DNA of 14,717 nt from Candidatus Hodarchaeota archaeon (lineage in GTDB: Archaea; Asgardarchaeota; Heimdallarchaeia; Hodarchaeales; Hodarchaeaceae), in NCBI GenBank assembly GCA_016840035.1, contig JAEOTC010000236.1, forward strand, positions 1-14,717. The letters run 5' to 3'. The notes below the pieces were generated by a model that ran no database searches, was not told where the DNA came from, and saw only the letters and a list, made by a program, of their open reading frames with translations. Below, in pieces: positions 1 through 10,200 of the stretch (position 1 is its first letter; the number at the start of each line of letters is the position of its first letter). Made by a program: the position numbers and the translations under genes.

Positions 1-2
1 GG

Positions 3-1127
3 GCTAAAGTGATTGGAATTTACGAAGTGCCCTCTCACGAGTTCGAAATTCCCAAAGGTGTAGAAGAACGGAATTTCATTTATCAAATTGCCTTCCCAAC
101 AATTAACCAAACAGATCAAATTGGTCTTATGCTAACAGCTACTATTGGAAATATTTCCATGGGGGGTAAACTCAAGATGCTTGATCTAAGATTTCCCAAA
201 AAGTGGATTAAGAACTTTAAAGGGCCTAGATTCGGAATTGAAGGAGTCAGAAAACTTCTCAAAGTTCCAGATCGCCCCCTACTTAACAATATGATTAAAC
301 CCTGTAGTGGGTGGACTCCAGAGACTGGTGCGCAGCTTTTCTACGCTGCTGCGAAAGGAGGTTGTGACATAGTTAAGGATGACGAATTGATTGCCGATAT
401 GGACTACAACCGTGTAGCAGATCGAGTACCGATGATGATGGAAGCTGTGGACAAAGTTAGAGATGAGATCGGAGAGGAAACTCTTTACACAGTAAATATT
501 ACTGATAAAATCATGAAGCTCAAGGAGAATGCCCTTGCAGTCCAAGATGCTGGAGGAAATGCCTTAATGCTTAACTATCTGGTGGTTGGGCTTCCAGCGT
601 TACGTATGTTGGCTGAAGATCCAGAGATTAAGCTACCGATCCTAGGACACATGGATTTCGCAGGAGCATTCTACGAATCACCTTTTTCAGGAGTTTCATC
701 CTTCTTAATTATGGGTAAACTTGCCCGTCTTGCTGGAGCAGATATTGTTGTGTATCCAGCTCCCTATGGTAAAGCTCCTTACTTAAAAGAAAGATATATG
801 GAAGTTGCTAAAGCCCACCGTTATCGAATGCATCATCTGAAACCGACCCTTCCAATGCCAAGTGGTGGAATTACTCCTGGAATGGTTTTACGTGTTATGC
901 AAGATCTTGGGAATGATATGATGATTGGTTCAGGTGGAGGAATTCATGCCCATCCTGATGGGCCTATCGCTGGAGCAACAGCATTTAGACAAGCTATCGA
1001 TATTGGTATGAAGGATATGAAAGCAGCGTCTGAAGATTTCGAGGATTACGTCGAAGATCATGAAGATGAATATCCTGAGCTTGCTAAAGCCATGGAAACA
1101 TGGGGAGTCTCAGACACCCGTCTTTAG
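3..1127 (+). CDS. RuBisCO-like protein (form IV RLP), 5'-truncated by window edge
   Basis: RuBisCO large-subunit motifs: GN (N123), GPRFGIEGVR, IKP (K175), KDDE (carbamylated K201), H294, GK (K334), PSGG, GGGIHAHPDG. K177 is replaced by C (IKPCSG), HR by HM, and H327 is absent, so form IV rather than a carboxylating RuBisCO. Frame is open from position 3 (AKVIGIYE), so GTG at 9 is probably an internal Val. Confidence 0.93.
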   Translation, partial: AKVIGIYEVPSHEFEIPKGVEERNFIYQIAFPTINQTDQIGLMLTATIGNISMGGKLKMLDLRFPKKWIKNFKGPRFGIEGVRKLLKVPDRPLLNNMIKPCSGWTPETGAQLFYAAAKGGCDIVKDDELIADMDYNRVADRVPMMMEAVDKVRDEIGEETLYTVNITDKIMKLKENALAVQDAGGNALMLNYLVVGLPALRMLAEDPEIKLPILGHMDFAGAFYESPFSGVSSFLIMGKLARLAGADIVVYPAPYGKAPYLKERYMEVAKAHRYRMHHLKPTLPMPSGGITPGMVLRVMQDLGNDMMIGSGGGIHAHPDGPIAGATAFRQAIDIGMKDMKAASEDFEDYVEDHEDEYPELAKAMETWGVSDTRL

Positions 1128-1183
1128 TTTCCCCCTCCTTTCAATTTCTTTTTTCTTAAGAGTTCGTTTTTCCAAGGAACTCT
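1128..1183 (+). terminator. Putative archaeal oligo-T terminator region with short inverted repeat
   Basis: Pyrimidine tract (tttcttttttctt) just after the RLP stop, followed by a 7-bp inverted repeat agagttc (1159-1165) / gaactct (1177-1183). Confidence 0.5.
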
Positions 1184-1188
1184 GAGTA

Positions 1189-1205
1189 CAAAGCTTTTTT
1201 AAATA
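1189..1205 (+). promoter_or_regulatory. Putative BRE/TATA promoter of the substrate-binding protein gene
   Basis: caaagc followed by ttttttaaata about 47 nt before the GTG at 1252; SD-like gaggttga at 1238-1245. Confidence 0.5.
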
Positions 1206-1251
1206 ATGATCACTTTTTTTCCTTAAAATTTCATTATGAGGTTGATTAGGA

Positions 1252-3111
1252 GTGAAACATAGAAAAGTCTTATTTCTTGCCCTGGTAGTCTTTTATGCAT
1301 CTTCTATGATGTTTAATTTAAAGGGTGGAGATGCTTATTACAATACGGATGATAATATTGATGCAGGTGTTGTTTTACAGGCTATTACACGATATAGTTC
1401 ATATATGTATGGAGCATTTGAAAGTGCTTTTTTAGCTCTGAATCCTGCGGTGGATGATATCATATGGCTGGAAATCTCCAATCCAAGTCAGTGGGTAACT
1501 GCAATTGCTAGCCCTTCCTATTCAATAGATATTATATGGGGTGGTGTTCAGGGAAACTTCGATGTAGTTGCTGATGCGGGTTATTTAGTGCCGATAGAGA
1601 ACCAAACATTAACGAATTATATAAATACGAATGTGACAAATGATATTGAAGGAGTTCAGACCATTAGAACTAATGAATCAGGCTCAATCCTTTGGGTAGG
1701 ATCATGTCTGTCTTCTTATGGATTTCTCGTAAATCATGATAGTTTAACTTCAAATAACCTATCTCTCCCTCAAACTTGGGAAGATCTTGCTTCTCCTGAA
1801 TATTTTTTGGATTCCGATCAATTTGCTCTTGGTATGGCGAATGCACCAGAGTCTATTTCGAGTACTTACATCTACCATTCTATTTTACAGAATTATGGGT
1901 GGGAATCTGGTTGGAATCTCATTACCAGAATGGCTGGAAACGCCGAAATCCACGATTACACCTCTGCTGTTCGTGATTCTTTAATTGCTGGTGAACATGC
2001 GATAGGATTAACCATTGATTCTTTTGGTTATCAAGCAGAATTCATGAATCCCTCATGTGAGTATATCATTCCAACCGGAGGATCCTTGATAACCGTAGAA
2101 CCGATTGCAGTAGCTTCAAGTGCTAGTGGGGAAGAGCGAGTTCAGGCTGAAGCGTTTATTGATTTTGTTTTATCGCCTGAAGGTCAGGCCCTCTGGTTAG
2201 ACAATGTATTTGATCGAATTCCTGTTGTTGAAGATGCTTTTTCTTTATCCTTACAGATAAATGGTTATGAAAGACAGGATTTGTATGAAGATTATATTAA
2301 ATTACACAATATTACAGGAATTACCTTTGATTTTGATTTAGCTAGAAGTGTATATGATATTGTCACTTTTTACTTCGAAGGGGCATTAACGCTATCTTCT
2401 CAAGAGTTACATTACGCTTGGGAGGAATTAGTGACAACCTATCGAAATGCTGAGTTAACGGAGAATGAATTTAATTACATTTCTTCTCTTATGAGTAAAC
2501 CAAAAATCTCACTCCAAGAGGCTCTGAATTTGCAAATCGAATATTTGGATGATCCAACAATTCGAGGCTCGTTGAATACAGACTTTTCTCAATATGCAAA
2601 AGCTAATTATCTAAGTGTTCCATATTGGATTTCAGGAAATGATATTTTCCTTTTTAACTCTCCATCTAGTGGGGCTGTGATTGGGGGAACGATAAGAGTC
2701 TCAGCAAGTGCTAAAGCATCAAATATTTCTCATGTTAGGTTTATTCTTACTAATAATTCTGGCTATTCGAGTTTATTGGCAAATATCACCTCTGGATTTG
2801 GAATTATTGAATTCTGGTGGACTACAAACACTGTATCTGACGGTGAATACATCCTACATATGAATGTAAGTAGATTAGGTGGTTTCTACAATTCTACTTC
2901 CATTACTATTTTCGTCGATAATACCCCAGGAGGTATAACTTCTTCGAGTGTGCTACCTACGTCATCCTCGGATACAACATCTCTGAATCCTACCGAAGAT
3001 ACTACTAAACCTACTGATAGTATAACATTGGGCTTTCTGGGGATAAGTACAATGGTTACTTGCTTTCTAACTTTACCTCTGATTCATATGAAAAGAAAAG
3101 AGAAAAGATAA
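1252..3111 (+). CDS. ABC transporter substrate-binding protein (AfuA/Fe3+/thiamine-like family) with C-terminal Ig-like domain, S/T linker and membrane anchor
   Basis: Signal peptide (MKHRK + hydrophobic). SBP motifs DIIWGG, GFLVN, LPQTWEDL, YGWESGW, EPIAVA, AEAFIDFVLSPEGQ. Ig-like segment 2644-2922, S/T/P-rich linker 2923-3027, then LGF + hydrophobic helix + KRKEKR tail. Confidence 0.88.
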   Translation: MKHRKVLFLALVVFYASSMMFNLKGGDAYYNTDDNIDAGVVLQAITRYSSYMYGAFESAFLALNPAVDDIIWLEISNPSQWVTAIASPSYSIDIIWGGVQGNFDVVADAGYLVPIENQTLTNYINTNVTNDIEGVQTIRTNESGSILWVGSCLSSYGFLVNHDSLTSNNLSLPQTWEDLASPEYFLDSDQFALGMANAPESISSTYIYHSILQNYGWESGWNLITRMAGNAEIHDYTSAVRDSLIAGEHAIGLTIDSFGYQAEFMNPSCEYIIPTGGSLITVEPIAVASSASGEERVQAEAFIDFVLSPEGQALWLDNVFDRIPVVEDAFSLSLQINGYERQDLYEDYIKLHNITGITFDFDLARSVYDIVTFYFEGALTLSSQELHYAWEELVTTYRNAELTENEFNYISSLMSKPKISLQEALNLQIEYLDDPTIRGSLNTDFSQYAKANYLSVPYWISGNDIFLFNSPSSGAVIGGTIRVSASAKASNISHVRFILTNNSGYSSLLANITSGFGIIEFWWTTNTVSDGEYILHMNVSRLGGFYNSTSITIFVDNTPGGITSSSVLPTSSSDTTSLNPTEDTTKPTDSITLGFLGISTMVTCFLTLPLIHMKRKEKR

Positions 3112-3250
3112 TCGCTTAAATCAAACTAATCTTAATTTCCTGATTGATCATTCACAACTCCACAATATACTTATACATCACATAAGACTCTTCACTGTAT
3201 ATTTTTTCTGAGGTGGAATATACTCATTTAAAGCTTCGGAGGAACAGAGG

Positions 3251-4228
3251 ATGAAGAGGAAAAGAACGGTTATCATTTTTTATTTCATTCTGGTTTTTTT
3301 ATGCCAGTTTCTTATAGGAATAATGGCATCAAGCCCGTCAGTAAATGTTTCAACCAATCAAAATGAATTTAATAATGATCCAAATTTGGAATATACCTAT
3401 ACGTATATTGTATACGATTTTGATGCAGAATTAACTTTTTGGGTATATTTAACTGGAGATATTGATCTAGAACTAAGTCTAACAAATAATATGCTCTTCA
3501 CATCATTTACGAATGTTGCTCTTGAGGTTTTTATCTATGAATATTTTTATTCTCCACCTCAATGGATCCATACAAAAACCGTGACCCTACAATTTGGAAA
3601 TATTGGAGGGGGACAAACAAAAGTTGCTACTCTCTCAACATCGACTGTTTACGAGATATATAGTACTGATGAAGTAGATTGCGAGATTAATTCGAATGGT
3701 CTTAGTTACGGGGTAGCTTATGATACACTAACTGATGAGGTTGTTCCAACAACTACATCCACTCCTAGGACAAGCTCCCCCAGTCCTCCAGCGTACAATC
3801 CTGGGGACAATCCAGGAAATGAAGTAGATTATTCTTACATTGTCAGATATTTAGGACCATGGGTACTCATTGGGGGAGCAGGATTTATTGGATACTATTT
3901 AATAAAACAACGCTCAAAGAGGGATAGACCCACCTACATCCCTCCCACTCCTGTACGACGATATCAACCCCCATCAGATTCAACTAGGTCTGTTCAAAGA
4001 ACTTACCCAAATCAAGTGAGGAGTTATCCCCAACAGACTTACACCCCTCCGCAAAGAGTAATCTCGCAATCAGAGCCATCTTTCTCACAGGATTTTGAAT
4101 CTATTCCAACACCGCGAAAATCCTCGGTGGGATTCTGTCCCCAATGTGGAAATGTAAGCTTAAAAACTGCATCTCTAGATCTTCAGTGCACTGTCTGTGG
4201 TAACATTTTCAAGGATACACGGCAATAG
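3251..4228 (+). CDS. Hypothetical single-pass membrane protein with C-terminal C4 zinc ribbon
   Basis: SD ggagg at 3238-3242; signal peptide (MKRKR + hydrophobic); beta-rich ectodomain; T/S/P linker; TM about 3848-3904 followed by KQRSKR; P/Q/Y/S-rich tail; CPQC...CTVC at 4136-4198. Confidence 0.85.
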   Translation: MKRKRTVIIFYFILVFLCQFLIGIMASSPSVNVSTNQNEFNNDPNLEYTYTYIVYDFDAELTFWVYLTGDIDLELSLTNNMLFTSFTNVALEVFIYEYFYSPPQWIHTKTVTLQFGNIGGGQTKVATLSTSTVYEIYSTDEVDCEINSNGLSYGVAYDTLTDEVVPTTTSTPRTSSPSPPAYNPGDNPGNEVDYSYIVRYLGPWVLIGGAGFIGYYLIKQRSKRDRPTYIPPTPVRRYQPPSDSTRSVQRTYPNQVRSYPQQTYTPPQRVISQSEPSFSQDFESIPTPRKSSVGFCPQCGNVSLKTASLDLQCTVCGNIFKDTRQ

Positions 4229-4265
4229 ATATAGGTAGTTTTTATCCCCTATTAGAACACTCCTT

Positions 4266-7200
4266 TTAGTTCATTCTTATTTGATCTATGGAGATTGCAT
4301 CAGGAATTTCTGTAACCATTTTTTCACAATTGGGGCATCGCGTGGTCTCTTCTGCGAGTATTTCGGTACATTGGAGACAATAATTCTTTTTCTCGATCAG
4401 AAGTTGTCGTATCGCGGGATTCCAACCACTTTTCTCCAATGCCTCGTTAATTTCTTCTGGAGGTAGCTGGAAATTATGCTGTTTCATTAATGAATTAACT
4501 CTATTTACAAGTAAGACCTTTGCAGTGACTTTTCCTTTTGAATTATTGGCAATGACTGCCGCAGATTCTCTGATAATTAATGCATAGGTCTTGATATACT
4601 CTTTCATATTATGTTCAAAGAATTGGTCTCTTTTGAACTTCGGTTGAGCTAAAGATTGAACAATTATAAATTGATATGTGTGATGATGGAGATTAACACC
4701 TGTTGTGTCAAATATTGCTTTGGATATTTTCTGTGGGGCTTTTATGATTTCGTTGAAGATATGTAAATAGGGGATAGGAAATTCAGAGTATGCTGGAGGG
4801 AACAGAATAGAGATAAAGTTTGACATGATTTCACCAAGTCGTGCAGCCTGAATCCCCTGTATCCCGTAAGTTGAAGGGATTTTCGTTTTACTTTTTGGAA
4901 AATTGTCAATCTGTCTCCAAAAGTTTCTTCTGATAACATTCATTGGTATTAGGAGCAATTCTTCAGCAATTTGAGGGATTTCTTCTCGAAGTGTGCTTTC
5001 TAGTGAAATGGATAGATTTTTTGAGAGCATTATCAGCTTAAAATATCCTTCTTTGATATTCAACATCCATTCTTTGAAAGATAGACTCTGTTCGTCAGTA
5101 AATTTACTAGTATCTTCTTTTATTAGTTTCAACACATTCCAAGCAATTACTTTAGGATAAAATTTACCATTGGTCTCTTCTATTAAGGTTAATAGCTGCA
5201 CAGGATATTTTTGAACCTCAACTTGTGAATAATCATCTATTGTCTGGATTACATCAATCCACAGATCCAATTTCTCTCTGATGACATCTGAAACCTTAAA
5301 TTGAGCTTTGAAAGAAGTCAAAATACCCTCCAGTCCTTTTGTTATCTTTTGAGCAAGAAGTCCTTTAATGAATTCGGTTTCAAACATTTTTTCAATTTCT
5401 GAGAATGATTCTCGGAAATTTGCGATTAATAAATCTTTAGAAGTTTGAGAACCACTAATTGTCTCTTGACATACTTTAGTTAAGGATGATTTAGAGTAAA
5501 CACAGTTTCCTGCAGATAGTCTGAGGTCGGGGATTTCTCGAATTATTCCGATTAATTCTGATTCTGAGAGATTTACTGTGAGGGAGAGGTCTGAAATCGA
5601 TATTAATCCCTCGGAAACTAATTGTTTTTTAATTTTGGATGAAATTTGATCGCTACTGATTAATTTATCGTCTATTACGACTCCTAAGGGTTGGATCGCA
5701 GACTTTAATTTCAAATAATCTTTGCTTTTCATGTCACTTTCGAGTTTACTGAGTTCGATAACCCCTTCTTGTTTAAATCGTCTTTGAGTTCGATACTTTT
5801 CCCACGGATACTTCAGTGCGTTTTTGGATACCCACCCAAACCCGAGAAGTACCATAATACCTACTATGATAAGGAAAATATTTACAATGGGTTGCCAAAA
5901 GGTCGGAGACATTAGCTGTATGTCAACATTAAATTCTAACACTTCTTGATAATACAACAGAGAACCCTGATAAAGATTAATTGCCAATTGATGTAGACTT
6001 GCATGTTTTGGTTTAATAACAAGTTCAAAGGATACACTTTCTCCTGGAGCAACTAAAATGTTTGTTCCATTCCCTGATACTATTTCATCATCTATACCAA
6101 ATGCAAACAGAGTCAAATTTAAGGAAACTAATTCTGGATTGTATATTGTAAATGAGTATACAAAAGATTCTCCTTCATATGCTGTTGAAGGAGGTTGACT
6201 TGTTACTTCAACAAAAGATGAAAAAGCATCTGTATCAAGAATGTAGAATCTTAACATGAGGCTGGCTGTTTCTCCCCACATATCAACTGCTATCAATACT
6301 ATGGAGTGATAACCAGGAGTAGTGGGGGCATCGATTACAAAAGGTTCCTGGAGTGTGATGTTATCTTGTGTATCCCAGTGGTATTGTACAGAAGTTAAGT
6401 TGAGATCGTTTATTGCGAATGTAATCACACCTGCGGGAAGAAGAATAGAATTATTAGTGGGAGATTCCAAAGAGATTCTGGGTGAATAGTTGACGTAAAA
6501 GCGAAAAACTTTCGTTATCCAATGACCATAAGAGTCGAACGCTGTTATCGTTAGATAATGGTATCCTTCACCGCTCGGAAGGTTGATATTCCATGGATAA
6601 TTGAACGATTGATCCGTTCCATCATCCCATGCATAATAGCTCCGATTTAAAGAAAAATCCGTAATATTAAATTGGATAATCATATCTTGAGGAACTACCG
6701 TATCATTCACACCATTTTGGATCATTATAATAGGGGAGTCCGCTTCACAATAGAAATAGTACACTTTGTGCGATATCCATCCATCTGTATCATTAGCATA
6801 TACAGTTAGCACATGCCACCCATCTGAAATGTCTAGTGGAATATCCCAGCCCGTTACAAACGATTGATTTAAGCCCTCATCCCACATAAACCATGTTTGA
6901 GCAAGGTTATTGTCACTGAAATTGAAGTGAAGAATACTTCCGAAAGGTTGGATAGAATTATTGATCGGTAATATAAGCGTAACTGAAGGAACATGGTTAA
7001 TCCACCAGTAAAATCTTTTTACAGTTGTATGCCCTACAGAATCATTCGCATAAACAAAGAGAGTATAGTACCCTTCTAAAGATGGTACATGAATCTCCCA
7101 AGGACTACTAAGTGTTTGATTTGGCCCGTTATCCCAGTTATACCAGGTCTGATTCAAAGTAAAATCAGTTATATTTAATTGAACCACCATATCTGAAGGA

Positions 7201-10200
7201 ACAGTAGTGTCATTAGCAACATTTTGTACTGATATTATAGGAGAATCTGCTTCACAATAGAAATAGTAAGAATTGATAGATAACCATCCATTAGAGTCAT
7301 TAGCAAATATAGCTAAACTATGCCATCCGTCTGATACGTCTAATGTAATATTCCAATCTACTCCAAACGACTGATTTACCCCATTATCCCAATTGTACCA
7401 TGTTTGAGCAAGGTTATTGTCAGTAATATTGAATGAAAGAATATTACCGAAAGCTTGTATAGAATTATTCGTTGGAGAAATTAATGCAATATCGGGAATG
7501 TAGTTGATCCACCACTGGAAAATCTCTTTCGTCGTATGGCCTGCGGAATCATTAGCATAAACTCTGAGGATGTGGAACCCTTCTGTGGCTGGAACACCAA
7601 GCTCCCAAGGACTACTAAATGTCTGATTTACTCCATTGTTCCAGTTATACCAAGTCTGGTTCAATGAAAAATCGGTTATGTTTAGTTGAATCACCATATC
7701 TGAAGGAACTGCGGTATCATTTGCAACATTTTGAACTATTATTATTGGAAAGTCCGCTTCACAATAGAAATAGTAAGATTTTGATGATATCCACCCATTA
7801 GAATCATTTGCAAAAACAGTTAAACTGTGCCATCCATCTAATATATCTAATGTGATATTCCAATCGATTCCGAGTGATTGATTTATCCCATCATCCCAAT
7901 TATACCATGCGGTGTCTAAATTATTATCTGTGATGTTAAAAGAAAGAATACTGCCAAAATTTTGTATAGAATTATTGGTAGGAATAAGTAATGTAATATT
8001 AGGAATGTAATTAATCCACCAGCGAAATCTTTCTTTCGTTTCATGTCCTACAGAATCATTAGCATAGACACCGAGGATATGGTAACCCTCGGTAATTGGT
8101 ACAGTCACATCCCACGGACTACTAAATGTTTGGTTTGCTCCACCATCCCAGTTATACCATGTCTGATTCAATGAAAAATCAGTAATATTGAGTTGAATCA
8201 CCATATCTGAAGGAACTGTAGTATCATTTGCAACATTTTGAACTATTATTATAGGATAATTTGCTTCACAATAGAAATAGTAGGATCGATATGATAACCA
8301 TCCAGCTGTGTCATTAGCATAAACAGTGAGTTTATGCCAGCCATCTGATATTCCTAGTGTAATATTCCAATCTACGCTCAAAGATTGGTTTATTCCATCA
8401 TCCCAATTAAACCATGTTTCGTCAATGTTGTTATCAGAAATGTTGAACGAAAGGATACTACCATAAGGTTGTACGGAGTTATTTATAGGTGATAACAAAG
8501 TAATTTCAGGGTTTTTATTAATCCACCAACGAAATTTACTGACAGTAAGACGACCAAGAGTGTCATTGGCATAAATCGTCAACCAGTGATAGTTCTCTTC
8601 TGCAGGTGTACTTACTTGCCAGGGAAAAGAGAGAGATTGGTTTACAGTTCCATCCCAATTATACCAGACATCATCGAGAGTAATATCTGTTATGTTTAAC
8701 TCAACTAATCCAATCATGATACTTGTGTCATTCAGAACGTTCTGCAATGTTACTGAAGGGTGATGATTATCAATGGTAAATGTATTAGTAGTAACATTGT
8801 GCGACAAATCTTCGGAACAATTAACAATAACCATTATTCGATAATTAGATCCATCGTCAACTGTTGTAGTATCCCAATCGAACTGACTTGATTCAAGTCC
8901 AGACCCTAAAATTATCCAGGAAAAACCATCATCAGGAGAATAGTAAACAGAATAGTTGATATTATGATCCAGTGTATCGCTAGAGTTCATCCAATCGATT
9001 GCTAGATTCCCAGAAATAAAATCGGGATTTGTGGGATTTATTAGTTGTGGTTTAGATAATAAATGGGTTGAGGGGGTGATAAAACTGACCAAAGGATATG
9101 GATCGCTATTATCATAGAAATTATAAGCCGTATCTCCAATACCATCGGCATCAAGATCATCTCCAGAATATGCGTCACCCCAATAGTTCCCAAAACCGTT
9201 TACATAATACTTGATGGCTCCTGTATAATCAATCGTTTGACCAGTATTACTTAAGACATTATTAAGATAAAAAAGATTAGGAGATGTTACTTGAGATGTA
9301 GCAACAAATCCATATTCAGAGTTATTAAAGATGGTATTATGCCAAATGGTATTATTTGTTGTTAAGACTCCTGATAGATAAATACCTCTTAAACCGTCCG
9401 AAATTATGTTATGAGAAATAAGGTTATGTTGGGAATTATAGATGTAAAGACCCCGATCCCCACTTGTGTGGATCGAATTATTCTCAAGTGTGTTCCCATT
9501 ACCTGTCCCAATATAGAGTCCAAAATCTGTACTGCTAAAAATTGAGTTATTGAAGACTGAATTTTTATCACCCTGTTGTATACTTATCCCATATAGAGAA
9601 CTATTAAAACAAGTATTATTATAAACAGAATTGAGATCCGAGAGACTGATTCTAATTCCATACATGTTCTCAAATGCTCGATTCTGGTAAATATGATTGT
9701 CTTCACTGTATGAAGCTATGTATATCCCCACCTCCGACAGATTCACTGTATTGTTGGCTATTCTGTTGTTATAACTCGAAGAATCTAGATGAATACCAAT
9801 TTGTGAGCTATTATAACACAGGTTGTTATGAATTGTATTATTAATACAAGATTCAAGATTAATCCCACCAGTCCCTGAACCAATATTGTTAATTAGGAAA
9901 TTCGACGTAATATTACTATTTAAAACGTTATAAAAGTATATAGCTCCACTTCCCCCATTCATAAAGAGACAATCACTTATTTTGAAGTATAGGTCAGTAT
10001 TCCTGATTTCAATGGCTATGGCTGTATTATTGAAAATAAAACCATCAATAATATAGGGTGTTGATTTATTCCCATCACCTGGCCATCCTTCATTGGTTGC
10101 ACGAATTATGAAATCAGAATTTCCATTCAAAACCATAGGAGTGTGTGGAACATGTGTTTTTGAAGCATTCATTCCGAAAGAAACTTCCCACCCATCAGTT

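Noticed and set aside
279-545. 88-aa minus-strand ORF
   Set aside because: Antisense shadow of the RLP gene; no recognisable motifs.
3-1127. CO2-fixing form III RuBisCO (rbcL)
   Set aside because: K177, R295 and H327 equivalents are substituted, which indicates form IV.
1787-1984. 65-aa alternate-frame ORF
   Set aside because: Lies wholly inside the SBP gene with no independent support.
4229-4265. Hairpin terminator between the convergent genes (atagg/cctat)
   Set aside because: Only a 5-bp AT-rich stem; too weak to call.
3785-4799. PPAY (PPxY, WW-binding) motif in both membrane proteins (3785-3796 and 4788-4799)
   Set aside because: One copy is on the predicted extracellular side and a 4-residue match is easily chance.
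6742-8282. Regularly spaced identical 20-mers as a CRISPR array or DGR template/variable repeats
   Set aside because: Spacing is 507 nt, intervening DNA is itself homologous and in-frame coding, and there is no cas or reverse transcriptase gene in the window.
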